NCBI GenBank assembly: GCA_015064315.1
Contig: SVSL01000005.1
Location: 182 to 64,181 of the forward strand
Direction: 5' to 3'
Source of the DNA: Oscillospiraceae bacterium
GTDB taxonomy: Bacteria; Bacillota; Clostridia; Oscillospirales; CAG-272
Length of the DNA: 64,000 nucleotides
The translations under genes were made by a program, and so were the position numbers. The notes below the pieces were generated by a model. That model made no database searches and was not told the DNA's origin. It saw nothing but the letters and a program-made list of their open reading frames with translations. How positions within the stretch are numbered: position 1 is the stretch's first letter; every line of letters starts with the position of its first letter. Below, one piece after another: positions 26,109-34,836 of the stretch.

Positions 26109-27077
26109 ATGACGGCGAACCATAAAATCAAGATCCTTGCCGTCGTTGGCTCTACGGCAAGCGGAAAGACGGCGCTTTCCATTGCCCTTGCCCAAAAATT
26201 GGGGGGCGAGATCATCTCCTGCGATTCCATGCAGATCTACCGCCGCATGGACGTTGGCACGGCAAAGCCAACGGTCGAGGAGATGGATGGCGTGGTGCAT
26301 CATCTGCTGGACTTTATCGAGCCCGATGAGCCCTTTTCCTGCGCCGAGTACGTGACGCTTGCCAAGGAAAAGGCGGAGGAAATCCACGCACGGGGGCGTT
26401 TTCCCATTCTCTGCGGCGGTACGGGGTTGTATCTGGACAGCTTTTTACGCGGTGGCGGCTTTGAAGAAACCGAGACCGATCCTGCTTTGCGGGAGTCTCT
26501 TTTTGCCTTTGCCGCGGAGCAGGGCAATCACGCTCTGCACGAAAGACTCAGAGCGGTGGATCCCGAGAGCGCCGACGCCATTCACGAGAACAACGTCAAG
26601 CGCGTGGTACGGGCATTGGAAATTTTTGAGACCACGGGCGTGACCAAGACCGAAGCCGATCGGCGTTCCCGCACCTTGGAATCCCCCTACGATGCCTGCG
26701 TCATCGGATTGCGATACGAGAGCCGCGAGCTTTTGTATCAGCGCATCGACAAGCGTGTGGATCTCATGCTGGAGGCGGGTCTTTTGGAAGAGACCGATAG
26801 GCTGATGAAGGAGGGCGTTTTCGAGCGCAACTCCACGGCGGCGCAAGCCATTGGCTACAAGGAGCTTTTGGGATATCTGCGCGGCGAGCAGAGCCTTGAT
26901 GGGGCGGTAGAGGATCTCAAGCGAGCCACACGCCGCTATGCCAAGCGACAGATCACTTGGTTTGGTGCCAAGGACTACGTACAATGGATCAACGCCGATG
27001 AGGACGGAAAAATGAGAAGCTTTGAGGAGATCCTTGGTGACGCGCTAACCGTTGCGTCAACGCTCGGCGGCATCTAA
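26109..27077 (+). CDS. miaA: tRNA dimethylallyltransferase
   Basis: P-loop GSTASGKT, SCDSMQIYRRMDVGTAKPT. Confidence 0.92.
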   Translation: MTANHKIKILAVVGSTASGKTALSIALAQKLGGEIISCDSMQIYRRMDVGTAKPTVEEMDGVVHHLLDFIEPDEPFSCAEYVTLAKEKAEEIHARGRFPILCGGTGLYLDSFLRGGGFEETETDPALRESLFAFAAEQGNHALHERLRAVDPESADAIHENNVKRVVRALEIFETTGVTKTEADRRSRTLESPYDACVIGLRYESRELLYQRIDKRVDLMLEAGLLEETDRLMKEGVFERNSTAAQAIGYKELLGYLRGEQSLDGAVEDLKRATRRYAKRQITWFGAKDYVQWINADEDGKMRSFEEILGDALTVASTLGGI

Positions 27078-27135
27078 GGTCGCGCAAACGAAGGCTCTTA
27101 CAAAACAGAAAAATCCGAAGAAAAGGAGGGAGCGC

Positions 27136-28383
27136 ATGACCCGAAAAGAGTTTTTAAAGAAATACACGCCAAGGCTTCTTGCCGCCCTTCTTTTGGTGAG
27201 CTTGATCGTATACACCGTCTATCACGTTGTGCTCGGCGCGTCTGCCGCGGGGCTGATGACGGTTCCTACCCGTGAGGTGAACGATCTGCGCGTCGCCTCG
27301 GGAAACGCCTATCTGTTCCGTGAGGAGCGGGTGCTTTCGGTGGAGGGCGAGGGCGTGGTGAACGAGCTGGCTCCAAGCGGTGTCAAGGTAAGCAAAAACC
27401 AAACGCTCGCCCGCGTTTATACGGGGTACAAGACGTTGGAGCGTGAGCTGATACAAACCGAGCTGGACCGCCTCAATCGCGCCATCTCCATCCTGGAAAA
27501 CAGCAAGGTGGCGGCGGGAACGTCTCTTTCCAAAGCGGAGGAATACCGCGCCGAGGCGAAGGAGATCTTTCTTTCCATGCGCGAGTCAATTCAGGACGGA
27601 CGCTGGCAGGGGCTTTCCGGTGCCTCGGATGAAATGCTGGAGCTGCTCAACCGTTACGGACGTCTGACGGGAAGACTGGAGGATGCCGATCGGATTCTGG
27701 AGGAGCTGAGGGAGGATCGGGATCAGCTTCTCACCAAGGATTTTGTTACGGTAGAGAGCAGCGATTCCTCGGGCTTCTTTTACGATCGCGCTTGTGTGGA
27801 CGGCTATGAGGCGGTGTATACCCCGGAGCGGCTGGAGACGCTGACGCCCGAGACGCTTGACGAGCTGAGGGGCACGGCACCCACCGTGGATGAATCTCTT
27901 ACCACCGTGGGAAAGCTGGTGTACGGATATACGTGGTATCTGGCGGTTGAGCCGGAGGGCGATACCTCGGAGCTGACCGTGGGGGAGGCTTATGAGATCC
28001 GTTTTTCCCGAACCGACAACCGCAGTCTTGACATGATCTGCGAACGGGTAGCACAGGGAGCGGACGGACGTCTTGTTGCCGTTTTTTCCTCCGATGATAT
28101 GCCCGCGTGGCTTTCTCACGATCGGGTACAGCCCGTGGAGATCGTGACGGGAAGCTCTCACGGCTATTATATTCCCGAATCGGCTCTGGTAACAGTAGAT
28201 GGCGTGGAGGGCGTTTACATCTTCCGCGACAGCACCGTGTACTTCCGCAGGATCGACGTGACCTACCGTGGGGACGGCTATTGCATTGCCGCGCCGCGAG
28301 AGGGGCAGGGGGAGGACTATCTGGAGCTTTACGATCTGCTCATCACTGCGGGAAAAAATCTATATGACGGAAAGGTATACTAA
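27136..28383 (+). CDS. Membrane-anchored coiled-coil protein (HlyD/membrane-fusion-like)
   Basis: One N-terminal TM helix followed by long coiled-coil segments. AAAGGAGGG ribosome site before 27136. Confidence 0.6.
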   Translation: MTRKEFLKKYTPRLLAALLLVSLIVYTVYHVVLGASAAGLMTVPTREVNDLRVASGNAYLFREERVLSVEGEGVVNELAPSGVKVSKNQTLARVYTGYKTLERELIQTELDRLNRAISILENSKVAAGTSLSKAEEYRAEAKEIFLSMRESIQDGRWQGLSGASDEMLELLNRYGRLTGRLEDADRILEELREDRDQLLTKDFVTVESSDSSGFFYDRACVDGYEAVYTPERLETLTPETLDELRGTAPTVDESLTTVGKLVYGYTWYLAVEPEGDTSELTVGEAYEIRFSRTDNRSLDMICERVAQGADGRLVAVFSSDDMPAWLSHDRVQPVEIVTGSSHGYYIPESALVTVDGVEGVYIFRDSTVYFRRIDVTYRGDGYCIAAPREGQGEDYLELYDLLITAGKNLYDGKVY

Positions 28384-29084
28384 TGGAACGCATCACATAT
28401 ATGGATCAGAATTACGCCGAGATCAAGGCGAGAATCGATGCCGCGCTGGCAAGGAGCAAAAAGAAGAATGTTACCCTTGTGGCGGCGATCAAATACACCG
28501 ATGCCAAGCACGTCAACTATCTGCACAGGGTGCTGGGGGTTCACGACGTGGGCGAGAATCGTGTTCAGCAGCTTCTGGAGCGCTGGGAGGAATTGGATCG
28601 TGACGGCTTGCGGATCCACTTTATCGGAACGCTTCAGCGCAACAAGGTCAAATACATCATCGACAAGGTCTGCATGATCCACTCCTTGGATTCTCTGAGC
28701 CTTGCCGCCGAGATCGAAAAGCAGGCGGCAAAGCACGGCATCACCATGGACGTTTTGGCGGAGATCAACAGCGGATGCGAGGAAAATAAGAGCGGTCTGT
28801 ACCCCGAGGAGGTGGAAGCCTTCTGCTTGGAATTGGCAAAATTTCCCCACGTAAATCTGCGCGGATTTATGACAATGGCGCCAAAATGCGAAAAAAAAGA
28901 GGAATATTGCAAATATTTTCAAAAAACTTATCAACAATGTCTTGACATTTGGCAAAAAAAGCTTCATAATATAGGAGAGCCCATTTTATCCATGGGAATG
29001 TCCGACAGCTTTGAGGCTGCCATAGAGGAGGGTGCCGACATGATTCGCATCGGCAGAGCCCTCTTTCAAGAGCGTGAAAAATAA
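28383..29084 (+). CDS. yggS: YggS/YlmE-family pyridoxal-phosphate homeostasis protein
   Basis: AAIKY (Lys), GENRVQ, IGTLQRNK, MGMSDSFEAAIEEGADMIRIG. The start overlaps the upstream stop (TAATG). Confidence 0.9.
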   Translation: MERITYMDQNYAEIKARIDAALARSKKKNVTLVAAIKYTDAKHVNYLHRVLGVHDVGENRVQQLLERWEELDRDGLRIHFIGTLQRNKVKYIIDKVCMIHSLDSLSLAAEIEKQAAKHGITMDVLAEINSGCEENKSGLYPEEVEAFCLELAKFPHVNLRGFMTMAPKCEKKEEYCKYFQKTYQQCLDIWQKKLHNIGEPILSMGMSDSFEAAIEEGADMIRIGRALFQEREK

Positions 29085-29113
29085 TTGTTTAAAATACAGG
29101 GAGGAAGGCAAAC

Positions 29114-29620
29114 ATGAATTTGCTGAAAAAATTTGTAAGAAACGATCCGGCTGATATCGAAGAGGATTACGACGATATCTACTTCAACCCCGACGATCTG
29201 AAAATGGATATGCCCGGTGAGGATGCCGAATCTCAGGTGTCCGCCCTGAGCAGCCCTGCAAGAAAGGAGCCCGAGATCCATCCCGCAACTCCCGATAAGG
29301 TCTCCCTTAAGCTGCTGCAGCCCAAGAGCCACACCGAGGCAACTCGCATTGCCGACAAGCTCAAGGAGGGATGCATCGTTCTTTTGGATATCGGCGGTCT
29401 GACCAAGGAGCAGGCACACCGTTTGGTGGACTTTTTGGCAGGCGTTGCCTACGTGCTGGGCGGCGAGATGATCAAAACCAACAAGCATACCATTGTGGTT
29501 TCTCCCGCAGGTGTGGATATTTCCGGCTTTGCGCAGGAGGAGCCTGCCGAGGCTCCCGCAGAGGAGACCGAGGAATACGAAGAGGTTTATGAGGAAGCTG
29601 CGGTTACCGAGGAGGTTTAA
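29114..29620 (+). CDS. sepF: Cell division protein SepF
   Basis: The C-terminal core KLKEGCIVLLDIGGLTKEQAHRLVDFLAGVAYVLGGEM is typical SepF. Confidence 0.85.
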   Translation: MNLLKKFVRNDPADIEEDYDDIYFNPDDLKMDMPGEDAESQVSALSSPARKEPEIHPATPDKVSLKLLQPKSHTEATRIADKLKEGCIVLLDIGGLTKEQAHRLVDFLAGVAYVLGGEMIKTNKHTIVVSPAGVDISGFAQEEPAEAPAEETEEYEEVYEEAAVTEEV

Positions 29621-29643
29621 TCCACGCTTTCGTTTTTCGAGTC

Positions 29644-29675
29644 GAATTGCCGCAGCTTACAGGCTGCGGCAATTT
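29644..29675 (+). terminator. Hairpin after sepF (possible attenuator or weak terminator)
   Basis: GAATTGCCGCAGC-ttacag-GCTGCGGCAATT followed only by TTGT, with no real U-tract. Confidence 0.35.
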
Positions 29676-29707
29676 GTAATCCATTGGAAGGAGCAGAGTT
29701 TTTTATC

Positions 29708-29989
29708 ATGATTGCAGATTCGGTTCTGTTTTTTCTCAGGCAAACGGTGCTGGTCTTTTTAGAGGTACTCGGCATTGCTTTTTTCGTGCGGGCGATCCTA
29801 TCATGGTTTGATCCCATGGGAGAGTGGCGTGTGTCGGGCTTTTTATACGTTCTGACCGAGCCGATCACCGTTCCCGTGCGGATTCTGTGCGAGCGCATGA
29901 ATTGGTTTCAAGGGGTTCCTATGGATATTCCCTATACCCTGACGTGGTTGCTTTTGGTGCTTGCGCAGGTTCTTCTTTCGGTGTTATGA
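29708..29989 (+). CDS. yggT: YggT-family membrane protein
   Basis: FVRAILSWFDP... is typical YggT. The alternative TTG start at 29684 cannot be excluded. Confidence 0.78.
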   Translation: MIADSVLFFLRQTVLVFLEVLGIAFFVRAILSWFDPMGEWRVSGFLYVLTEPITVPVRILCERMNWFQGVPMDIPYTLTWLLLVLAQVLLSVL

Positions 29990-30810
29990 GTGAGAGAGGA
30001 ACGGGAGAGCGCACGCTTCTGCAGGCGCGCATAGAGGATGCGTTGACGAGGTGCGAGAAGGGGATCCCCTCTTGCATCTCCTTTTTGACCCCCGGGGAAT
30101 GCAGATTTGCCGAGCGGCTTCTGCGCTCCACGGGTGCGTGGGAGAGCGCGTGGATGTGGGGCGGCTATGAGGGCGCAGAGCGGAAGAGCCTGTTCTTTCT
30201 GCCCGAATACCTCCTGCTCTGCCTGTCCGCGCCCAAGGATTCCGCACCGCCAAAGGAGATCCTTGCGCTTTTGGATGAGCTTGCCGCGCGGGAGATCTTT
30301 TCCGTGCGTGTGGTGCGGAGCGGATTCCGGACGCTGAATCACCGCGATTATCTGGGAGCGATCTTGGGGCTGGGACTGGAGCGCGATGCCCTCGGGGATC
30401 TTGCCGTGCAGAAGAACGGGGACGCCGTGGTCTTTTGCACCGAGACCGTTGGGAAATTCCTCATGGAAAGTCTGACAAAGGTGGCGTCGGACACGGTCCG
30501 TTGCCGTCCTTATGAGGTGGACGAAGAATTTACCGACGGCAGAAATTACCGGCCCATCCGCGATACCGTGGCGTCTCCGCGCCTTGATGCCGTGGTGGCG
30601 TCTCTGACCAATCTTTCCCGCGAGCAGGCGCAGAATACCGTTCGGTCGGGACTTGTGGAGGTGGATTACGAGCCGGTGGAGCGCACCGATCTGCTTCTGA
30701 CACCGCCTGCGGTGATCTCGGTTCGCGGACACGGCAGATTCGTTCTGCGCGGCTTTGACGGTCAGAACCGAAAGGGAAGGCTGAGGCTCCTTGCCGACAA
30801 GCTGATTTGA
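29986..30810 (+). CDS. ylmH: YlmH-like RNA-binding protein (S4 domain)
   Basis: ATGA overlap with the yggT stop. C-terminal S4-like RLDAVVASLTNLSREQAQNTVRSGLVEVD. Confidence 0.72.
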   Translation: MSERGTGERTLLQARIEDALTRCEKGIPSCISFLTPGECRFAERLLRSTGAWESAWMWGGYEGAERKSLFFLPEYLLLCLSAPKDSAPPKEILALLDELAAREIFSVRVVRSGFRTLNHRDYLGAILGLGLERDALGDLAVQKNGDAVVFCTETVGKFLMESLTKVASDTVRCRPYEVDEEFTDGRNYRPIRDTVASPRLDAVVASLTNLSREQAQNTVRSGLVEVDYEPVERTDLLLTPPAVISVRGHGRFVLRGFDGQNRKGRLRLLADKLI

Positions 30811-30863
30811 AAGAGTTGTATTTTCTTTTTGTGACGTTGTATTTTTTTACTGTTATTTTGAAG

Positions 30864-30891
30864 CACCCCCGCTTTCGGGGGTGTTATTTTT
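30864..30891 (+). terminator. Intrinsic terminator
   Basis: CACCCCCG-cttt-CGGGGGTG followed by TTATTTTT. Confidence 0.75.
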
Positions 30892-30964
30892 GCCATTTTT
30901 GATTCTTGTTTTTTGTGAAAACTGCCGATTTTTTCTTCCTTGAATGAAAAAGCTTCTTTTTGTG

Positions 30965-30993
30965 TTGACGAATGCAAAAAATCATGTTACAAT
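30965..30993 (+). promoter_or_regulatory. Promoter of the first solute-binding lipoprotein gene
   Basis: TTGACG (30965..30970), 17 nt, TGT-TACAAT (30988..30993). Confidence 0.6.
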
Positions 30994-31078
30994 AGACCCA
31001 TAACGGCAGGGCCCGATTGCTTGCTTTGAAAGTGATTTTGCCCGACCGTCCCCAATTTTTTCAAAAAGGAGAACAGAC

Positions 31079-32611
31079 ATGAAAAAGCAATCTTTGTGGC
31101 TCAGAATTCTTGTTCTGGCACTGGCGTTGGCGATGCTGGTTTCAACGTTTGCGGCTTGCGCTACCGAAGAGGATGACGGCGACGGCGGCACGGCAACTTC
31201 CGAAGAAGCCGGTAGCACGGGCAACGGCAGCAACACGGTAGAGGACATTGAGGTTGAGACCGACGAGAACGGATATCCCGTTGACAATCTTCCCGGGGAT
31301 CTCAATTTCGATACCACCGTTCGCATTCTTGGCGTTAAGGAGTATACGCATCAGTTCTACATGAAGGAAGAGGACATTGGTGACGATCTGGTTGCCAAGT
31401 CGATCTACGACAGAAATATGACCGTTGAGGATCGCCTCGGAATTGAACTGAAGTGGGATTTTGCCGAGGGTGAGTGGGGCTCCAGAAACACCTTCCTTCA
31501 GGCAGTTTCCGCCGCGTGCGAGGCAGACCCTTATGACGCTATGATCTGCTACAATCTGGTTCCTTATATGCTGGCACAGCAGGGTCTTTGTGCCGATCTT
31601 TACACCGAGGAGAGCTACATTGATTTTTCTGCTCCCTGGTGGCCTCAGTCTCAGGTAGAGCAGCTGCTGGTAAACGATACCATGTATGCCGTTACCGAGA
31701 GCAACGACAAGGGTCTTTTGGCAAACATGATGGCAATGTTCTTTAACAACACGCTCCTGGAGGCAAGAGGTCTTGAAAGCCCCTACGATCTGGTGAAGCG
31801 CAACGAGTGGACCGTTGAAAAGTTTTCTACCATGATCAAGGATACCTACGAGGATAAGAACGGTGACGGCAAGGCAGATAGCGGAGATGTTTACGGCTTT
31901 ATCAACGCTACCACCTCCAAGAGTGACTCTTGGTTCTACGCTCTGGGCTACAGACTTTCCGAGAAGGTTGGCGATGAGGTTGTTTCCTACGTAAATGATT
32001 CCAAAATTCAGGAATACGTGGACAGAATGGTAACCTTCTACGATAGCAAGGACATTATGCTTGCCGATACCAAGGATTACGGCGGACTGGGTCAGGGTCA
32101 GCTGTTCTACAACGAAAACGCTTATTTCTACAACGGCGCAACCTACATGGGTCAGCCTTGTAACGATGCCAATATCAACTTTGGCGTAGTTCCCATGCCC
32201 AAGCTGAACTCTCAGCAGGAGCGTTACTACACCCACCTTTCCAACACCTACGATACCTGGTGCGTTTCCTTCAATGCGGGCGACATGGAGCTTTCCACCG
32301 CAGTGCTGGAGTGCATGGCTTCCGAGTCCTTCCGTCAGATCGGTCCTATGTACTATGATACCAACATCAAGCTTCGCTATGCCCCCGATGAGAGACTGAG
32401 CGAGATGTACGATCTGGTTCGCGACAGCGTAACCTTTGACCTGATCTACCTCTACACCTGCGCATACGCAGATGCAAACAATGCGCCCAAGGAAATCGTG
32501 AAGTGGTGCACGCTCAAGTCCGGTACTTACAACTGGTCCTCCAAGCTTGCAACCTATAAGACAACCTGGGACGACGGCTTTGATGCAATTCTGGCTACCT
32601 ACGTAAAATAA
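31079..32611 (+). CDS. Extracellular solute-binding lipoprotein (large ABC SBP, family-1-like)
   Basis: Lipobox STFAAC, an acidic linker, and about 500 aa as in sugar-binding SBPs. No permease or ATPase gene is adjacent. Confidence 0.82.
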   Translation: MKKQSLWLRILVLALALAMLVSTFAACATEEDDGDGGTATSEEAGSTGNGSNTVEDIEVETDENGYPVDNLPGDLNFDTTVRILGVKEYTHQFYMKEEDIGDDLVAKSIYDRNMTVEDRLGIELKWDFAEGEWGSRNTFLQAVSAACEADPYDAMICYNLVPYMLAQQGLCADLYTEESYIDFSAPWWPQSQVEQLLVNDTMYAVTESNDKGLLANMMAMFFNNTLLEARGLESPYDLVKRNEWTVEKFSTMIKDTYEDKNGDGKADSGDVYGFINATTSKSDSWFYALGYRLSEKVGDEVVSYVNDSKIQEYVDRMVTFYDSKDIMLADTKDYGGLGQGQLFYNENAYFYNGATYMGQPCNDANINFGVVPMPKLNSQQERYYTHLSNTYDTWCVSFNAGDMELSTAVLECMASESFRQIGPMYYDTNIKLRYAPDERLSEMYDLVRDSVTFDLIYLYTCAYADANNAPKEIVKWCTLKSGTYNWSSKLATYKTTWDDGFDAILATYVK

Positions 32612-32630
32612 TTTGATATCCGAACCCGCA

Positions 32631-32654
32631 GGGCAGACTCCTTGGAGTCTGCCC
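32631..32654 (+). terminator. Terminator-like hairpin
   Basis: GGGCAGACTCC / GGAGTCTGCCC with a tight loop. The downstream sequence is only moderately T-rich. Confidence 0.5.
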
Positions 32655-32745
32655 TTACGTTTGTATATAGTTTTTATCCTTTTTTACTTTTTTATGTTGC
32701 TTTTGACGATTTTTTGTTAATTTTTTCAATTGTGCAAAAATTCTG

Positions 32746-32774
32746 TTGACACTGCCGCAAAAAAATGCTACAAT
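32746..32774 (+). promoter_or_regulatory. Promoter of the second solute-binding lipoprotein gene
   Basis: TTGACA (32746..32751), 17 nt, TGC-TACAAT (32769..32774). Confidence 0.6.
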
Positions 32775-32819
32775 ATAAGTACGGAATTTTTTCTGAAAAA
32801 CAAAAAAAGGAGAAAAAAC

Positions 32820-34322
32820 ATGAAAAAACAATCCATGTGGCTCAGAATCATCGTTTTGATGCTGTCTCTGTGTATGCTGGTTTCGGTATTTGCTGCGTGC
32901 GCTACCGAGGACGATGATACCGATGGCGCAGCTTCCGGCGAGGGAAGCGAGATCGGCGGCACCGAAGGCGGTGATCTGGGTGCAGAGACCGACGCTGAGG
33001 GCTTTATCATTGACGACTTGGGTAATGATCTCAATTTTGACCGCACCATCAGAATTTTGGGTGAACAAAAGTACCAGTCTCAGTTCTACATCGCAGAAGA
33101 GGTTGAGGGTGAACCCATTAAGAACATCATCTATGCAAGAAACGAGACCGTTCAGGATCGTCTTGGCGTAGAATTTTCTTGGAACTTCGTAAACGGTGAC
33201 TGGGGTAGCAGAACCGAGTTCCAAAAGGAAGTGGAAACTGCTTGCACCACCGATCCCTATGATCTGATGGCTTGCTACAACCTGGTTCCTTACATGCTGG
33301 CAGCAAACGGCTTTACCGCCAACCTGTACGATGAGGACAACTATCTGGATCTGACCGCTCCCTGGTGGCCTCAGTCGCTGCTGAGCGAGATTCTGGTAAA
33401 CGATACCCTGTATGCCGTTACCGAGAGTAACGACCTGGGTCTTTTGAAAAACATGATGGCGATGTTCTTCAACAACGATCTGCTGGAGACCAGAGGCATT
33501 GAGAGCCCCTATGATCTGGTTGAGAAGAACGAGTGGACCATTGATAAGCTGGCTGAGCTGATCAAGGACACCTATGAGGATAAGAACGCAGACGGCGGCG
33601 TTGATAAGGAAGACGTATTCGGCTTTGTAAACGCAACTGCCGCAAAGCGTGACGCATGGTTCTTTGCGCTTGGCTACAAGTATGCAGAGGTAAGCAACGG
33701 TGAGATCACCTCCTTGATAGGAGATCCCAAAATGCAGGATTACGTTGACAAGATGGTCAACTTCTATTCCACCAACGATACCCTTATCAATGACCCTTCT
33801 CAGCACAAGATCTTCGTAGATGAGCGCGCTTACTTCTACAGCGCAGGTATTCTTATGACCAGTGCGCTCAAGGATGCTGAGTCTACCATGCACTACGGCG
33901 TAGTTCCGCTGCCCAAGCTCACTGCTGATCAGCCTCGCTACTACACCCACCTTTCCAACACCTACGATACTTGGTGCGCATCCTTCAATGCGTCTGACCT
34001 TGACGTTGCTTCCGCGGTTCTGGAGTGCATGGCATCCGAGTCTTATCGTCAGGTAGGTCCCGTTTACTTTGATACCTACGTTAAGCTTCGCTACGCAACC
34101 GATGAGAAGCTGTCTCCCATGTACGATCTGGTTCGCGACAGCGTAACCTTTGACCTGATCTATCTCTATTCTTGCGCATATTCCACCAACCCCAAGGATT
34201 CGCTCAAGAGCTGTATCACCAAGCCTGAGCAGAACAGCTGGAGCTCGGTATACGCAACCAACAAGGATAGCTGGGATTCTTCCTTTGCAAAGATCGTAGA
34301 GACCTACGCAAAAACCAACTGA
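32820..34322 (+). CDS. Extracellular solute-binding lipoprotein, paralogue of 31079..32611
   Basis: Lipobox SVFAAC. Collinear similarity runs through the whole length (YNLVPYMLA, APWWPQS, VTESND, MMAMFFNN, VRDSVTFDLIYLY). Confidence 0.82.
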   Translation: MKKQSMWLRIIVLMLSLCMLVSVFAACATEDDDTDGAASGEGSEIGGTEGGDLGAETDAEGFIIDDLGNDLNFDRTIRILGEQKYQSQFYIAEEVEGEPIKNIIYARNETVQDRLGVEFSWNFVNGDWGSRTEFQKEVETACTTDPYDLMACYNLVPYMLAANGFTANLYDEDNYLDLTAPWWPQSLLSEILVNDTLYAVTESNDLGLLKNMMAMFFNNDLLETRGIESPYDLVEKNEWTIDKLAELIKDTYEDKNADGGVDKEDVFGFVNATAAKRDAWFFALGYKYAEVSNGEITSLIGDPKMQDYVDKMVNFYSTNDTLINDPSQHKIFVDERAYFYSAGILMTSALKDAESTMHYGVVPLPKLTADQPRYYTHLSNTYDTWCASFNASDLDVASAVLECMASESYRQVGPVYFDTYVKLRYATDEKLSPMYDLVRDSVTFDLIYLYSCAYSTNPKDSLKSCITKPEQNSWSSVYATNKDSWDSSFAKIVETYAKTN

Positions 34323-34334
34323 TATGATTTTTCT

Positions 34335-34365
34335 GAGGATCGGCATTTGCCGATCCTCTTTTTTT
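34335..34365 (+). terminator. Intrinsic terminator
   Basis: GAGGATCGGCA-tt-TGCCGATCCTC followed by a T7 run. Confidence 0.8.
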
Positions 34366-34409
34366 GCAGGTTTCACAAAGATTTTTTTGAATTTTGTTCA
34401 ATTTGCACA

Positions 34410-34438
34410 TTGACGAATGCCTCGGAAAGTGCTATAAT
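34410..34438 (+). promoter_or_regulatory. Promoter of the T-box leader
   Basis: TTGACG (34410..34415), 17 nt, TGC-TATAAT (34433..34438). TTGACGAATGC is shared with the promoter at 30965. Confidence 0.65.
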
Positions 34439-34444
34439 AAGCTT

Positions 34445-34777
34445 GTTTTTAAAACACCAAGATCGTGCCGCAAGGCACGGACAAAAACGATGACCGGAAA
34501 GAAGTAGCTTCTTCCAAGCATCCGTACAGAGAGCTGTCGGTTGGTGCGAGACAGACGGAACGGGAGAGTGAATACATTCCGAGAGTTGTGTACCGAAAGA
34601 GTCGGGATCCGATCCATCCCATACGGCTCCGGTAGAGTGCATCGGGTGCGCCCGTTATCGCGTAAAGGGTATGTTAGTACCCTATGAGGCCGTATTCGTG
34701 AGGATACGGTGAATTGAGGTGGTATCACGAGATAAGTATATCCCGTCCTCTGTTATTCGCGGAGGGCGGGTTTTTTT
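34445..34777 (+). promoter_or_regulatory. T-box riboswitch leader (tRNA-sensing antiterminator), candidate specifier UAC (Tyr)
   Basis: The conserved elements occur in canonical order: AG box AGAGAG (34528), distal loop GGUGCGAG (34543), GAA-UAC-A (UAC at 34573..34575), F-box CCGUUA (34652..34657), T-box GAAUUGAGGUGGUAUCACG (34711..34731), and a terminator at 34742..34770 with a U7 run. Confidence 0.82.
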
Positions 34778-34836
34778 GTCCCTTCGTTCTCAAAAAAAGG
34801 AGATGGATTCTCCCAAAAAAAGAAAGGAAGGTTGTT

